Below, one piece after another: positions 10,981 through 20,941 of a DNA stretch of 46,733 bases. The position numbers and the translations under genes are program-made. The number at the start of each line of letters is the position of its first letter. Position 1 is the first letter of the stretch. The notes under the pieces are model-generated. The model worked only from the letters and a program-made list of their open reading frames with translations. It made no database searches and was not told where the DNA came from. Source of the stretch: a virus (lineage: Duplodnaviria > Heunggongvirae > Uroviricota > Caudoviricetes); IMG/VR virus record IMGVR_UViG_2721755711_000001, one strand, 5' to 3'.

Positions 10981-11068
10981 AGGTAATTTCCTTACTGGTT
11001 GTGTGAGAACTCCAGTATACCACCGAGCCTGAAGTGGTTAAAAGACAGGCAAATTGAAGAGGCTAACC

Positions 11069-11389
11069 ATGACTCCAGAAGAATTTATCTGCAAACACAT
11101 AACGGAAAAGCTGGTGGCGGAGGGCTTCCCTGAAATTGTTGCCAGGGGGGGGCATGCCGGGGACTGGATTACTACCGCCGTAGCTCGCAGGCCAGCCGCA
11201 AAGGAGCGATGTTTAATGATTGCTTGTTTCGTGCGCGGCAATGGGCACTTGGTCAGACAAATGTTACTGAGCGAAAGGAAAAGAAAAAGCCGGGCCGGAT
11301 TAAGGTGGGCCAGCCCGGCCTGTCCTGACTTACCTTTGGAATCAACCTTCAAGGAGCTGTTCCATGATAAACGCCCGATTAATCACTGA
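11069..11389 (+). CDS. Hypothetical protein (weak)
   Basis: ATG at 11069 preceded by GAAGAGG; sequence includes a GC-rich hairpin, so coding status is uncertain. Confidence 0.25.
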   Translation: MTPEEFICKHITEKLVAEGFPEIVARGGHAGDWITTAVARRPAAKERCLMIACFVRGNGHLVRQMLLSERKRKSRAGLRWASPACPDLPLESTFKELFHDKRPINH

Positions 11390-11464
11390 TCCTGACCGCC
11401 AACCGGAGGGCATTAATCACCAGACTGGAAAAGGCCTCAATCATCTGACTAAAGGACATTGATC

Positions 11465-11776
11465 ATGCTTAACATTAGCAGCACTCAAAAATTAGTCAAC
11501 CCTTCAGATCCTGTTGGACAAATTCCGGTCGAACAGTGGTACAGAAGAACGTACGTGGTTTCAGAGTACGCCCGCACTTATACCGAGACAATTATCGGAA
11601 AGGCCAAATGCCCCTGTTCCGCAGCTGTGAATGGTGCGATGGCAATACGTAACGCCAATCCTTCGGTTTTATCCATCCGTTTTATAAGTATTGAGCAGCT
11701 TTCTCCTGAAGAAGGAGAGGCCAGCGAGCGCGCCCTTGACGCCTGGTTTGAGAAACATCCTGAGGAGATTGAATGA
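11465..11776 (+). CDS. Hypothetical phage protein
   Basis: ATG at 11465 with AAAGGA RBS; stop overlaps next gene start. Confidence 0.4.
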   Translation: MLNISSTQKLVNPSDPVGQIPVEQWYRRTYVVSEYARTYTETIIGKAKCPCSAAVNGAMAIRNANPSVLSIRFISIEQLSPEEGEASERALDAWFEKHPEEIE

Positions 11777-12483
11777 TGAACACCGCAATTTTTAACGACA
11801 AAGTATCCATGACCAGCGTTGAAATCGCAGAGCTGGTTGGAAGTCAACACGGCAATGTCAGAATATCAATAGAGCGTCTGGCAAAACGCGGGGTGATTCA
11901 ACTTCCTGCAATGCAAAAAGTTGAGAACGAACAATCATTTAGCCAAAACAAATTCACAAACGCATATATTTTCGAAGGCGAACAAGGCAAACGCGACAGC
12001 ATCATTGTCGTCGCACAACTTTGCCCGGAATTCACTGCCCGCCTGGTAGATCGTTGGCGCGAACTGGAAGAGCAGGTGCGCAAATCAATGAGCGAAATCG
12101 AAATGGTTGCCGCGATGGCTCTTGAAGCAGTTCGTCAGCAAAAACGCCTCGACAAGATGGAAGAAAAAGTTAGCCACGTTGCCGAAACTGTCGAACAAAT
12201 CAAAAGAGGCACCATACGCGATGGTTATGCAGGATACCGTCAGCTGGTGGCGAAAACAGGTATGTCAGATGCGAAATGCCGCAATCTGGTGAACGCATAT
12301 CAGATCCCTACCGACACCCATGAATTTATGACGCCGGACGGATTATTGTCTCGTCGCGCGATTGTTGCAGTAGAACCCTTCATGTTTGCTTTTCATCGCA
12401 TGATGAGTGAAGCAGAACCACGAGGTACTCGCTGGTATCACCCGAAAATGGGCCTGTTTCAGGCGCTGGGCTGGCAGGTGTAA
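11773..12483 (+). CDS. Phage antirepressor/regulatory protein (AntA/KilA-N-like N-terminal domain)
   Basis: N-terminal SVEIAELVGSQHGNVRISIERL resembles the AntA/Rha DNA-binding region. Confidence 0.5.
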   Translation: MMNTAIFNDKVSMTSVEIAELVGSQHGNVRISIERLAKRGVIQLPAMQKVENEQSFSQNKFTNAYIFEGEQGKRDSIIVVAQLCPEFTARLVDRWRELEEQVRKSMSEIEMVAAMALEAVRQQKRLDKMEEKVSHVAETVEQIKRGTIRDGYAGYRQLVAKTGMSDAKCRNLVNAYQIPTDTHEFMTPDGLLSRRAIVAVEPFMFAFHRMMSEAEPRGTRWYHPKMGLFQALGWQV

Positions 12484-12697
12484 TTATGCTCACAGGTAAC
12501 ACATGCAAGTACTCAATCGCTGGTTCCGCGATGGCAGAGGGCGTCGCGTCCACGTTATACGCTGGGAGTCTGAAACACAGCGGGTCATTTACCTGCGTGA
12601 TGGTTATTCGCATGAATGCTTCAGTCCGTTGTGGTTGTTTCGTCGTGATTTTGTGGAGTGTGAAGCGCCGCCAGAGTGACGGCGTAATGGTGGAAAC

Positions 12698-13006
12698 TTA
12701 CACGAAGCGGATCTGGAGTTTTTTTCCTGTTGCGCGGGCAAATTTTTTCAGTGTGGAAAATGATGGTCCACTGACACCTGACGCCAGATTACTTTCCATT
12801 CTGCTGATGACAGTTGCTTTGGTTCCCATACGCTCAGCGATCTCAGCCTGGGTTAAACCAGCTTCTTTACGTGCTGCCAGCATTTCATCAAGCAACGCAA
12901 ATTCGTCGGCGATGGCGTCGTATTCTGCTTTAAAAGCTGGATCCTCCATCCATTTATCAGCCATTTCATCATGTGTAATGGTTGGCGGATTACGTTTACC
13001 AGTCAT
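12698..13006 (-). CDS. higA: HigA-type antitoxin (XRE HTH)
   Basis: AGLTQAEIAERMGTKATVISRMES HTH; overlaps upstream toxin gene; toxin-first order typical of higBA. Confidence 0.8.
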   Translation of the reverse strand: MTGKRNPPTITHDEMADKWMEDPAFKAEYDAIADEFALLDEMLAARKEAGLTQAEIAERMGTKATVISRMESNLASGVSGPSFSTLKKFARATGKKLQIRFV

Positions 13007-13325
13007 GCTTTACCTCCTTCATTCTGGTTTCAGCTTTTTGGCGTTCGGCTGGTGGGGTTTTCTGGGTCTTCTTGATGAAACTATGCAGCATGATGATGCG
13101 TTTTCCTGCCAGGGTGCAGTAAAAGACGCGTGCGATGCCATCACTACCTTTAATCCGAAGCTCGAAAAGCCCGTTACCGAAAGCACTGGTATGAGGTTCT
13201 CCGAGATTGCTGCCGTATATCTTCATGCGTTCAACAAGATGCTGGTATCGGGCACGCATACTCAATGGAAGCTGGTCGACCTCCAGCCTGACCTCTTCAC
13301 TGTAGTATTCGATAGTGTAGTTCAT
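12996..13325 (-). CDS. higB: HigB/RelE-family toxin (Gp49-like killer protein)
   Basis: 109 aa; RelE/ParE-superfamily-like sequence; immediately upstream of and overlapping the XRE antitoxin. Confidence 0.75.
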   Translation of the reverse strand: MNYTIEYYSEEVRLEVDQLPLSMRARYQHLVERMKIYGSNLGEPHTSAFGNGLFELRIKGSDGIARVFYCTLAGKRIIMLHSFIKKTQKTPPAERQKAETRMKEVKHDW

Positions 13326-13439
13326 GAGTTAAAACATAACAAAATGGTTATGTTTGTACAATGTGTTGATTCCTCAATTCCGGTGTATTTTTCTGCTCAG
13401 CAAAATTATGCAAAGATGAGGGCTGCTATCGATGAAAAA
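13326..13439 (-). promoter_or_regulatory. higBA promoter/operator region with palindrome
   Basis: AACATAAC-N7-GTTATGTT inverted repeat directly upstream of higB. Confidence 0.4.
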
Positions 13440-13802
13440 TTAGCTAATCAGTTCTTTTATCCTATTTTTGATAGATTTCTCCTCATTTTTGAATCTTTTT
13501 TTGAGTTCATTAAGTTCATTATCAAGCTCAAGGTATTTTGCCTGAATACCTCGTTCTGCAATCAGATTTGTGGCATTAATGGCTTCTTGATAATCAACGT
13601 CATCTTTGTCAATGAGCTTTCCATATTTTCCAGTGATTATTGCTGCTCTATGCTTGCATATATTTCCGAAGTCAGCAGCGATACACGAACAATCTATTTT
13701 CAGTTTACCTTTGTAATCTTTGACGGTCACTTGGTGGTACGTGATCCCGTCACTACTTTTGACGAAAATTTCATAAATCATACTGAAATTTGTCCTTTTC
13801 AC
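13440..13802 (-). CDS. SWIM-type zinc-finger protein with coiled-coil tail; AT-rich moron
   Basis: CSCIAADFGNICKH fits SWIM CxCx(n)CxH; Lys/Glu-rich C-terminus; markedly AT-rich compared with flanking phage genes. Confidence 0.5.
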   Translation of the reverse strand: MKRTNFSMIYEIFVKSSDGITYHQVTVKDYKGKLKIDCSCIAADFGNICKHRAAIITGKYGKLIDKDDVDYQEAINATNLIAERGIQAKYLELDNELNELKKRFKNEEKSIKNRIKELIS

Positions 13803-14117
13803 AGTGCGTTAGGATTGTGCCCTCATCTTAAGGATATTATTGATCATGCAGATTTTCTGGGCTATGCTAAAAAAGCCCCTTATAAAACGGGGGCCGGGAT
13901 TGGAACCCCAGAATTGCATACGGCGATATTTGACGCGCCAGCGTCTTTTTTATCGTCCACGTTCACGCACGCCAGAATTATGGTGGGCTGGGCAGGGGAG
14001 CCGAAAGGCTCGCCGGTTTCCGTATGCGCCGGTAGTTCCAACCCTGTTCAGTCCGCCACCAGCGAGCTTGGAACCTCCGGTGGTGGAAGTTATCCATTGC
14101 ATACGGAGGCTGCCATC

Positions 14118-14681
14118 ATGGCTACGATCCCAACCCTCACTCAACCTGAAATTGCCATCGTTGATGGTCAGGTTGTTACATCTTCTTTGGCTGTTGCTGA
14201 CTTCTTCTCTAAACGTCATGACGATGTTCTGAAAAAGATCCGCATTTTGGATTGTTCTCCAGAGTTTTGTGCCCGCAATTTTGCGGAGACATCAATTTTG
14301 GTACACCAGCCCAACGGCGGTACTCGCAAACTTCCTTGCTACCACATCACCCGCGACGGCTTCGCGTTCCTGGCAATGGGCTTCACGGGCAAACGTGCAG
14401 CCAGGTTCAAAGAGGCATACATCAACGCCTTTAACCTGATGGAGAAGAGTTTATCAGGTGCCGATGCGTCTGATATGTCAGCTGTCGCACGAAACGCCAG
14501 AGGCGTATACCTGCATTTGCGTGAAATCCATCAAATCTGGACAAGCCAGCTTTATCCAATGCTTAAGGCCGTTGAATCTCCGCTGGCTAGCAAACTGTAC
14601 GACCGTGTTGGTGATGCTGTTTTTGGGGCCGCACTTGTTGACTCCAGACTTAATGGTTCTGACAAGGAGGCGCACCCATGA
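14118..14681 (+). CDS. Phage regulatory protein Rha-family
   Basis: ATG at 14118 with GGAGG RBS; Rha-like features (SSLAVADFFSKRHDDVLKKIR, YHITRDGFAFLAMGFTG); real gene is the 3' part of a spurious 731-aa ORF. Confidence 0.65.
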   Translation: MATIPTLTQPEIAIVDGQVVTSSLAVADFFSKRHDDVLKKIRILDCSPEFCARNFAETSILVHQPNGGTRKLPCYHITRDGFAFLAMGFTGKRAARFKEAYINAFNLMEKSLSGADASDMSAVARNARGVYLHLREIHQIWTSQLYPMLKAVESPLASKLYDRVGDAVFGAALVDSRLNGSDKEAHP

Positions 14682-14902
14682 TTCGCCGCGTCGTTAATTC
14701 CCTGTATCACCGATACAACCGTTGCCCCCGTGTGGGGCAGTGGTTCACCACCAGCAACGGTCACGTTCTGCGGGTTTGCCTGGTCAATACAGAAAGCCAG
14801 AAGGTTGTGTGTGAATTACTGGGGCGTAACTACACCATCAGTTACCCACTGGCGGTGTTTCAGTCCGGAAAAATGTTTAAACGCCTGGGAGGTGCCGTGT
14901 GA
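14678..14902 (+). CDS. Small phage protein, unknown function
   Basis: Coupled to flanking genes through overlapping stop/start codons. Confidence 0.45.
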   Translation: MIRRVVNSLYHRYNRCPRVGQWFTTSNGHVLRVCLVNTESQKVVCELLGRNYTISYPLAVFQSGKMFKRLGGAV

Positions 14903-15876
14903 GCCGGTTAATTAAATTGCTTGATCGCCCGATTGCTTACAATCCGGCTTTTGCAAAGCTGAAAGCAGGAAAAGTGCGATCGGGGCCGGTTGCGGCTGTT
15001 TTTCTTTCACAGCTTGTCTATTGGCATAACCGTATGGATGGTGGCTGGATGTATAAAACCCAGTCCGATATTTCAGCAGAGACAGCATTAACCCGCGATG
15101 AGCAGGAAACTGCGCGTAAGCGCCTTGTTGCGCTTGGTGTTCTGGAAGAAAAGCTACGTGGTATTCCTGCCATTATGCATTACCGGATTAATACTGAACG
15201 GCTTGAAGCACTGCTGATTGAACAGGTAAAACCTGATACGAAGGCTGACAGCAACGAGTCCAGCGCCGCAAATATCAAGAATGTGGGAACGCCGCAATCT
15301 GAAGCAGGGCAATACCGCGAACAAGTTTGTGGAAACCCCGCAAACTGTGGTGTGGAAACACCGCAAACAGTGATGCGGGATCACCGCAAACCGTCATGTG
15401 GAAACCCCGCAAACATTCATACAGGAGATTACACAGAGAATACTCATGAGATTACTCATGAGACTAAAAACACTATTGGCGCATCCGCTGACGCGTCTGC
15501 ACCAGCGCGTTCTGCCCGACAAGAATATTCACCGGAATTTGAACAGGCCTGGCAGGAATACCCCAAACGTGCTGGTGGTAATTCCAAGTCGGCAGCCTTC
15601 AAAGCCTGGAAAGCCCGAATCAGGGAAGGTGTGACACCCGAAACCATGCTTGATGGCGTGAGGCGTTATGCCGCCTGGGTACGTGCCACAGGAAATACCG
15701 GCACACAATTCGTGAAGCAGACCGCGACGTTTTTTGGACCCGATCGTCACTTCGAAGATTTCTGGCAACAGCCAGCCGCTCCCGGAGGTGGGCGACAGCG
15801 ACAGATAGATATCCTGTCTGGTCTTGGTGCCATGTCTGACGAATTCGGTAAATCCAGTGACAACTTAACATTCTGA
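14899..15876 (+). CDS. Phage replication initiator (lambda O-like), origin embedded in coding sequence
   Basis: Position directly upstream of DnaC- and DnaB-like genes; contains four iterons; GTG start overlapping previous stop. Confidence 0.65.
   Translation: MSRLIKLLDRPIAYNPAFAKLKAGKVRSGPVAAVFLSQLVYWHNRMDGGWMYKTQSDISAETALTRDEQETARKRLVALGVLEEKLRGIPAIMHYRINTERLEALLIEQVKPDTKADSNESSAANIKNVGTPQSEAGQYREQVCGNPANCGVETPQTVMRDHRKPSCGNPANIHTGDYTENTHEITHETKNTIGASADASAPARSARQEYSPEFEQAWQEYPKRAGGNSKSAAFKAWKARIREGVTPETMLDGVRRYAAWVRATGNTGTQFVKQTATFFGPDRHFEDFWQQPAAPGGGRQRQIDILSGLGAMSDEFGKSSDNLTF
15328..15414 (+). repeat. Replication-origin iterons: four direct repeats (TGTGGAAACCCCGCAAAC-like) at 23-bp spacing inside the O-like gene
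   Basis: Repeats begin at about 15328, 15351, 15374 and 15397, followed by an AT-richer stretch with repeated AATACTCATGAGA. Confidence 0.65.
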
Positions 15877-15877
15877 G

Positions 15878-16765
15878 GTGACAGCGATGATGACGTTTAA
15901 CCTGCGTGAACAACAAACAAGACTACAGGCGCGGATGGATGAGTTACGGTCTGAGATGGCGTTTGCGGAGACTGGGGAAAAACCGTGGCCTTATCGTTCC
16001 TGCCGGATGCGTGAAGGTCGCGGATATTGCGAAAAACATGGCGAATATCACACGCATATTCTGGTGTGGGGGGATCGTAATGGCGAGGACAGAGAGAAAA
16101 TTTCACACTGCCCTCACTGCCTGAGTGCTGAAATCAACGATGTGATTATGGAGTTGTCGTCCTTGAAGGCGGAAGAACTGACTGATAACGCCGGAATTGC
16201 ACTGCGTTTTCGTGACTGTGAGTTTGAAAACTATCAGGAGATTAATCCTGACGCAGCCAGAAATCTTGCTGCCTGTCGTCGCTATGCCGAAAACTGGGCG
16301 GATGTTCTGGAGAACGGCACAAATCTCGTGCTGACTGGCAGTTGTGGCACCGGGAAAAATCACCTGGCGGTTGCGATGGCAAAATATGTCATCCGCAACT
16401 ATCTCGCCAGTGTTGAGATCACCGACGTGATGCGCCTGACCCGGGCTGTGAAAAACTGCTGGCGGAATGACAGCGAAAAAACTGCGGATGAGGTGATTGA
16501 GCATTATGCATCACTGGATCTGCTGATTATCGACGAAGTGGGTGTCCAGTTTGGTAGCGCGGCGGAAATGGCCATTCTTCAGGAAATTATCAATGCCCGG
16601 TACGAAAGTATTCTGCCAACCATCCTGATCAGCAATCTTTCACCGAAGGCGTTGTGGGCATACATCAGTCCACGTATTGCTGACAGGGTTACGGATGGTG
16701 GCCGTAACCTGTTGTCCTTCAACTGGCCCAGCTACCGGGCACATACCGGAGGTGTGGCAGCATGA
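15878..16765 (+). CDS. DnaC/IstB-like AAA+ helicase loader (phage P-analogue)
   Basis: Walker A GSCGTGKNHLAVAMA, Walker B LLIIDEVG; Cys/His-rich N-terminus. Confidence 0.8.
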   Translation: MTAMMTFNLREQQTRLQARMDELRSEMAFAETGEKPWPYRSCRMREGRGYCEKHGEYHTHILVWGDRNGEDREKISHCPHCLSAEINDVIMELSSLKAEELTDNAGIALRFRDCEFENYQEINPDAARNLAACRRYAENWADVLENGTNLVLTGSCGTGKNHLAVAMAKYVIRNYLASVEITDVMRLTRAVKNCWRNDSEKTADEVIEHYASLDLLIIDEVGVQFGSAAEMAILQEIINARYESILPTILISNLSPKALWAYISPRIADRVTDGGRNLLSFNWPSYRAHTGGVAA

Positions 16766-18162
16766 TCAGCCAGAACAGTCCGGTCTGGCGTAACGATGAT
16801 CTGGAAGGTGCTGTTATTGGCGCATTCTTTTTGCGTGGGGCAGATCCGGAAGTGATGGATATTCTGGCCACACTACCGGCGGACGTTTTTTCTGTACGAC
16901 CGTACCGGGATATCTACACAGGCATCTGCAGACAGGCCCGTGTGTCCGGCGTGATTGATCCTGTGCTGTTGTGCAATGAGATGCCGGAACTTGCTCCGGT
17001 GATTACTGATACCGGGCGTAAAACCTGGGTGAAGTCATCTCTGGAACACTATGTTGCAGCACTGCGACGCAATGCCGCACTGCGTGATGCAGAAAAAACA
17101 CTGGCCGAAGCATTGCAGAAATTACGTGATGCGCATACCTGTGAAGCAGCTGAAGATGCCCTGAAGGATGCTCAAAACATGATGGTCTCATTGTCGACCG
17201 AAAAGGGCATTATTCAGCCTGTACACATTGATGATGTACTTCCGGAGGTGGTTGACCGTGTTGAATGCCGGAATCAGGGGCTGGAGAAATCCAGGACGTT
17301 GATGACCGGTATTGATGAGCTGGACGCAAAAACAGGAGGCATGGAGCCCGGCGACCTGATATTCATCGCGGCGCGCCCTTCGATGGGGAAAACAGAACTG
17401 GCGCTGGATATCATCGACAAAGTGACTGAACAGGGGCGCGGTGTTCTTCTGTTCACAATGGAAATGGCGAACATTCAGATCGGTGAACGCATGGTGTCTG
17501 CTGCCGGAGGAATGCCTGTATCGCGCCTGAAATCTGTCTCTAACTTTGGTGACGAAGACTGGGCGCGTTTCATTAAGGGTGTGGAGCTGATGACCGGACG
17601 CAATATCTGGATGGTGGACCAGGCGAACCTGACCATTGACGAGATATGCGTAACAACGAAACACCATTTGATTAAACATCCGGAAACGGCACTGGTGGTG
17701 GTTGATTATCTCGGGCTGATAAAAACCCGAACCACGGGGCGTCATGACCTTGCCGTGGGTGAAATCTCAAAGGGGCTTAAAGGCCTGGCAAAATCCGGTG
17801 GTTTTCCGTTGATTGCGCTGAGTCAGCTCTCCCGCGGTGTGGAGTCCAGACCAAATAAACGTCCCATGAACTCAGACCTGAAAAATTCCGGAGAAATAGA
17901 GGCGGATGCTGACATCATTCTGATGCTTTACAGGGATGAAGTGTACAACCCGGATACGCAGGCCAGAGGCATCGCAGAAATCAATATCACGAAACAACGT
18001 AACGGTTCTCTGGGGACGATTTACCGGCGTTTTTATAACGGACATTTTCTGCCCGTAGACCAGGAAAGCGCACAGATTCTTTCCACCCCAATGCAGCAGC
18101 CCCAGCCGCGCAGATACAGCAATAAGCGAACCGACAGCAGTAAGATGGAGCGTTTCTTTTGA
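16762..18162 (+). CDS. Replicative DNA helicase, DnaB-like
   Basis: RecA-fold motifs ARPSMGKTELALD and VVVDYLGL; DnaB-like architecture. Confidence 0.85.
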   Translation: MISQNSPVWRNDDLEGAVIGAFFLRGADPEVMDILATLPADVFSVRPYRDIYTGICRQARVSGVIDPVLLCNEMPELAPVITDTGRKTWVKSSLEHYVAALRRNAALRDAEKTLAEALQKLRDAHTCEAAEDALKDAQNMMVSLSTEKGIIQPVHIDDVLPEVVDRVECRNQGLEKSRTLMTGIDELDAKTGGMEPGDLIFIAARPSMGKTELALDIIDKVTEQGRGVLLFTMEMANIQIGERMVSAAGGMPVSRLKSVSNFGDEDWARFIKGVELMTGRNIWMVDQANLTIDEICVTTKHHLIKHPETALVVVDYLGLIKTRTTGRHDLAVGEISKGLKGLAKSGGFPLIALSQLSRGVESRPNKRPMNSDLKNSGEIEADADIILMLYRDEVYNPDTQARGIAEINITKQRNGSLGTIYRRFYNGHFLPVDQESAQILSTPMQQPQPRRYSNKRTDSSKMERFF

Positions 18163-18416
18163 ACAACCAGACCATGACTTTTACGCCTGAACAATTACGT
18201 AAACAGGCACAGGAAATGTTACGACAGGCGGAACAACTGGAAAAGACAGGCGTAACAAAAGATGCCATTCGTAAGGATATGGTGCCAGCGCTCAGGGAAC
18301 TGATGCAGGCGAAACACCGCGCACAAAAAGCAGTGGATGAGCTGGTGGATTGTGTGGCAGAGCTGGAAACCAAAGTTGGAAAGTTTGAAAAACTGGTGCA
18401 GGAGGTACTGCGCTGA
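18159..18416 (+). CDS. Small coiled-coil phage protein
   Basis: ORF coupled to neighbours. Confidence 0.4.
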   Translation: MNNQTMTFTPEQLRKQAQEMLRQAEQLEKTGVTKDAIRKDMVPALRELMQAKHRAQKAVDELVDCVAELETKVGKFEKLVQEVLR

Positions 18417-18799
18417 TGCGTGATATTCAGATGGTTCTTGAGCGTTGGGGAGCGTGGGCGGCTAATAATCATGAAGATGTGACCTGGTCGTCCGTTGCCG
18501 CCGGTTTTAAGGGATTAATTCCTTCAAAAGTAAGATCTCGTCCGCAATGCTGTGACGATGACGCGATGATCATTTGTGGATGTATGGCCTGTCTGAAAAA
18601 GAGCAACAATGGCTTACATGATTTGCTGGTGGATTATTATGTTGGTGGGATGACGTTTATGATGCTGGCGCGGAAGCATAATTGCTCTGATGGGTATATC
18701 GGGAAAAGGTTACAGAAAGCAGAGGGAATAATCGAAGGTATGTTAATGGCATTAGACATTTGCTTAGAGATGGATATTGATGTTACTAAGCTTAATTAA
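18416..18799 (+). CDS. Late-gene antiterminator Q (QuuD/phage 82-type)
   Basis: 127 aa; Cys-rich zinc-binding region ([15 protein letters not shown]); closely resembles DLP12 QuuD as recalled. Confidence 0.7.
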   Translation: MRDIQMVLERWGAWAANNHEDVTWSSVAAGFKGLIPSKVRSRPQCCDDDAMIICGCMACLKKSNNGLHDLLVDYYVGGMTFMMLARKHNCSDGYIGKRLQKAEGIIEGMLMALDICLEMDIDVTKLN

Positions 18800-18979
18800 T
18801 ACGATTATTTTTTAATAAAAAATGGGGCGTAAAAACACCCCCAAGATAAAGGGTAATATATAACAGAAAGTTTAGATAGTAAGAAGCAGGGCTCTAATGC
18901 TTCTTAAAGAAGTGGCTTGAGGGAGCCACTTATATGCTGAGAAGATAAAACCTTCTCAGCATATCCTTTATTAACCAGA

Positions 18980-20086
18980 TTAGAACTGGTATACCATACC
19001 TACAGCAACGATATCGTCAGTGTTTACACCAAGAGCTTTAGTAAAGTCATTTTTGTCAAGCAGGTTGATTTTGTAATCAACGAATGTAGACATATTTTTG
19101 TTGAAATAATAAGTTGCGCCAACATCAACATATTTGACTAAATCTTGGTCACCAAAAATGCCAAGATCTTTACCTTTTGATTGCAGATAAGCAACAGACG
19201 GACGCAGACCGAAATCGAACTGATATTGTGCAACAGCTTCGAAGTTTTGTGCTTTATTAGCCACAAAGTAATCTGCGAATTTAGTCATATTCTGGGTTTC
19301 TGAATAGGTTGTTGCCAGATAAACGTTGTTTGCGTCGTATTTCAGACCTGCAGCCCAGACTTCTGCATTTTCGCCGGAAGCAAATACTCCTGGGAGAAGT
19401 TTACCCAATTTGACTTGAGTGTCGGTACGATCAGATTTCGCATACGTTGCACCAATGCCGAAACCTTCGTATTCATAGGTCGCAGAGAAACCAAAACCAT
19501 CGCCATTGCCTTTGGTGTAGTTATCTAAGCTACTACGATCATGATTATTCTTACCCTGGTACTGTGCAGCAAAATTCAGACCATCAACCAGACCAAAGAA
19601 GTCGTTGTTACGATAAGTTGCAACACCAGTGGTGCGACCAGTCATGAATACATCTGTTTGGGTCCAGGTATCTCCACCGAATTCTGGCAGAACGTCAGTC
19701 CATGCACCGATATCGTATGCTACACCGTAGTTACGACCGTAATCGACGGAGCCGTAGTCACCGAATTTAAGCCCTGCAAATGCAAGACGGGTTTTATCTT
19801 TGGCTGCTCCCTGTTCTTCAGTACGGTTTCCTTTGAATTCATATTCCCACTGACCGAAACCAGTCAGTTGATCGTTGATCTGAGTTTCGCCTTTGAAACC
19901 CAGACGAGCATAAGTTGTGTCGCCATCATTTGCATCGTTAGAGGAGAAGTAGTGCTTAGCATTAACTTTTCCGTACAGATCCAACTTGTTGCTGTCTTTA
20001 TTATAAATCTCTGCTGCCTGAGCAGACATCGCCATCAGTACTGATGCAGCCACAGCAGAAATTGCCACCGTTAATTTTTTCATCAC
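18980..20086 (-). CDS. General porin, OmpC/OmpF/NmpC family (prophage-borne)
   Basis: Signal peptide ending AQA; conserved porin motifs ([23 protein letters not shown]) and C-terminal MVYQF. Confidence 0.85.
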   Translation of the reverse strand: MMKKLTVAISAVAASVLMAMSAQAAEIYNKDSNKLDLYGKVNAKHYFSSNDANDGDTTYARLGFKGETQINDQLTGFGQWEYEFKGNRTEEQGAAKDKTRLAFAGLKFGDYGSVDYGRNYGVAYDIGAWTDVLPEFGGDTWTQTDVFMTGRTTGVATYRNNDFFGLVDGLNFAAQYQGKNNHDRSSLDNYTKGNGDGFGFSATYEYEGFGIGATYAKSDRTDTQVKLGKLLPGVFASGENAEVWAAGLKYDANNVYLATTYSETQNMTKFADYFVANKAQNFEAVAQYQFDFGLRPSVAYLQSKGKDLGIFGDQDLVKYVDVGATYYFNKNMSTFVDYKINLLDKNDFTKALGVNTDDIVAVGMVYQF

Positions 20087-20593
20087 GAACCCTTTTTTTT
20101 GAACTATTTTTAAAAAATGATGTCACTGCGCGATAAATATTCATCTAATCAATGTGGTTATTTCAAGAGGCAAGTTTAATTTAGTGATTGATAATATGAT
20201 CAAGATCTCATTTATGCGCGTTGGTGTAATTTGTCGATATTTTTGTGTAATGCGGAATTTAATTAATGAAATACATTATTTACTCATTTTTCATTGAAAA
20301 ATAACAATGATGTATTTGATGTAATATGTGTTATTCGTATGTTTTGTTTTGTTATATGGCATTAACATTTGAGTGGCGTATTTGTGGTTTACGTACGTAA
20401 AAATTCAATTATGATGTTAAGAGTGGTTGCTTCGACTCCTTCCTTAAACCCGCCGTTTGGCGGGTTTTTTGTGCCCGAAAAACGACACGGGACGTTAAAT
20501 GCGCTGGTGGTTGCGAATACCGGTCTTTCAGCTTGCTGGCTTTTTCGACAAGAGTTATTGGTATGTCACGTTAACCGGGAAAGGGAAAAAGGC

Positions 20594-20791
20594 ATGCTAA
20601 AACAGCAGGATATGACCGAAACTGCCAGAGTGGTATTTAATGAATTAAGCGTCACCGAACCGGCGACCGTCGGGGAAATTGCGCAGAATACTTACCTTTC
20701 ACGCGAACGCTGCCAGTTAATACTGACCCAGCTTGTTATGGCGGGTCTGGCAGATTATCAGTTCGGTTGTTACAGACGCCTTCCGCAGTGA
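20594..20791 (+). CDS. Small hypothetical protein upstream of methyltransferase
   Basis: ATG at 20594 with purine-rich upstream; 65 aa. Confidence 0.35.
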   Translation: MLKQQDMTETARVVFNELSVTEPATVGEIAQNTYLSRERCQLILTQLVMAGLADYQFGCYRRLPQ

Positions 20792-20941
20792 AGGCTTTTT
20801 AATTTGTGGTAATGGGCGGCTGGTGGGTGTTAGCGGCACCTGCCAGCCATCTGCTCATGCGTTGGGATCACAAGCAAACCTCAGGCCCATCTGCTTTGCG
20901 CAAAAGCGGTATGAGCCTATCAGAGAAGTGCTTACTGATCT

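Noticed and set aside
12486-14681. 731-aa plus-strand ORF
   Set aside because: It runs antisense through higA, higB and the SWIM gene, and its translation is low-complexity. Only its last ~187 codons (14118..14681, with a GGAGG RBS) form a credible Rha-family gene.
17188-17745. 185-aa minus-strand ORF inside the DnaB-like gene
   Set aside because: It is antisense to a strongly supported helicase gene with clear motifs.
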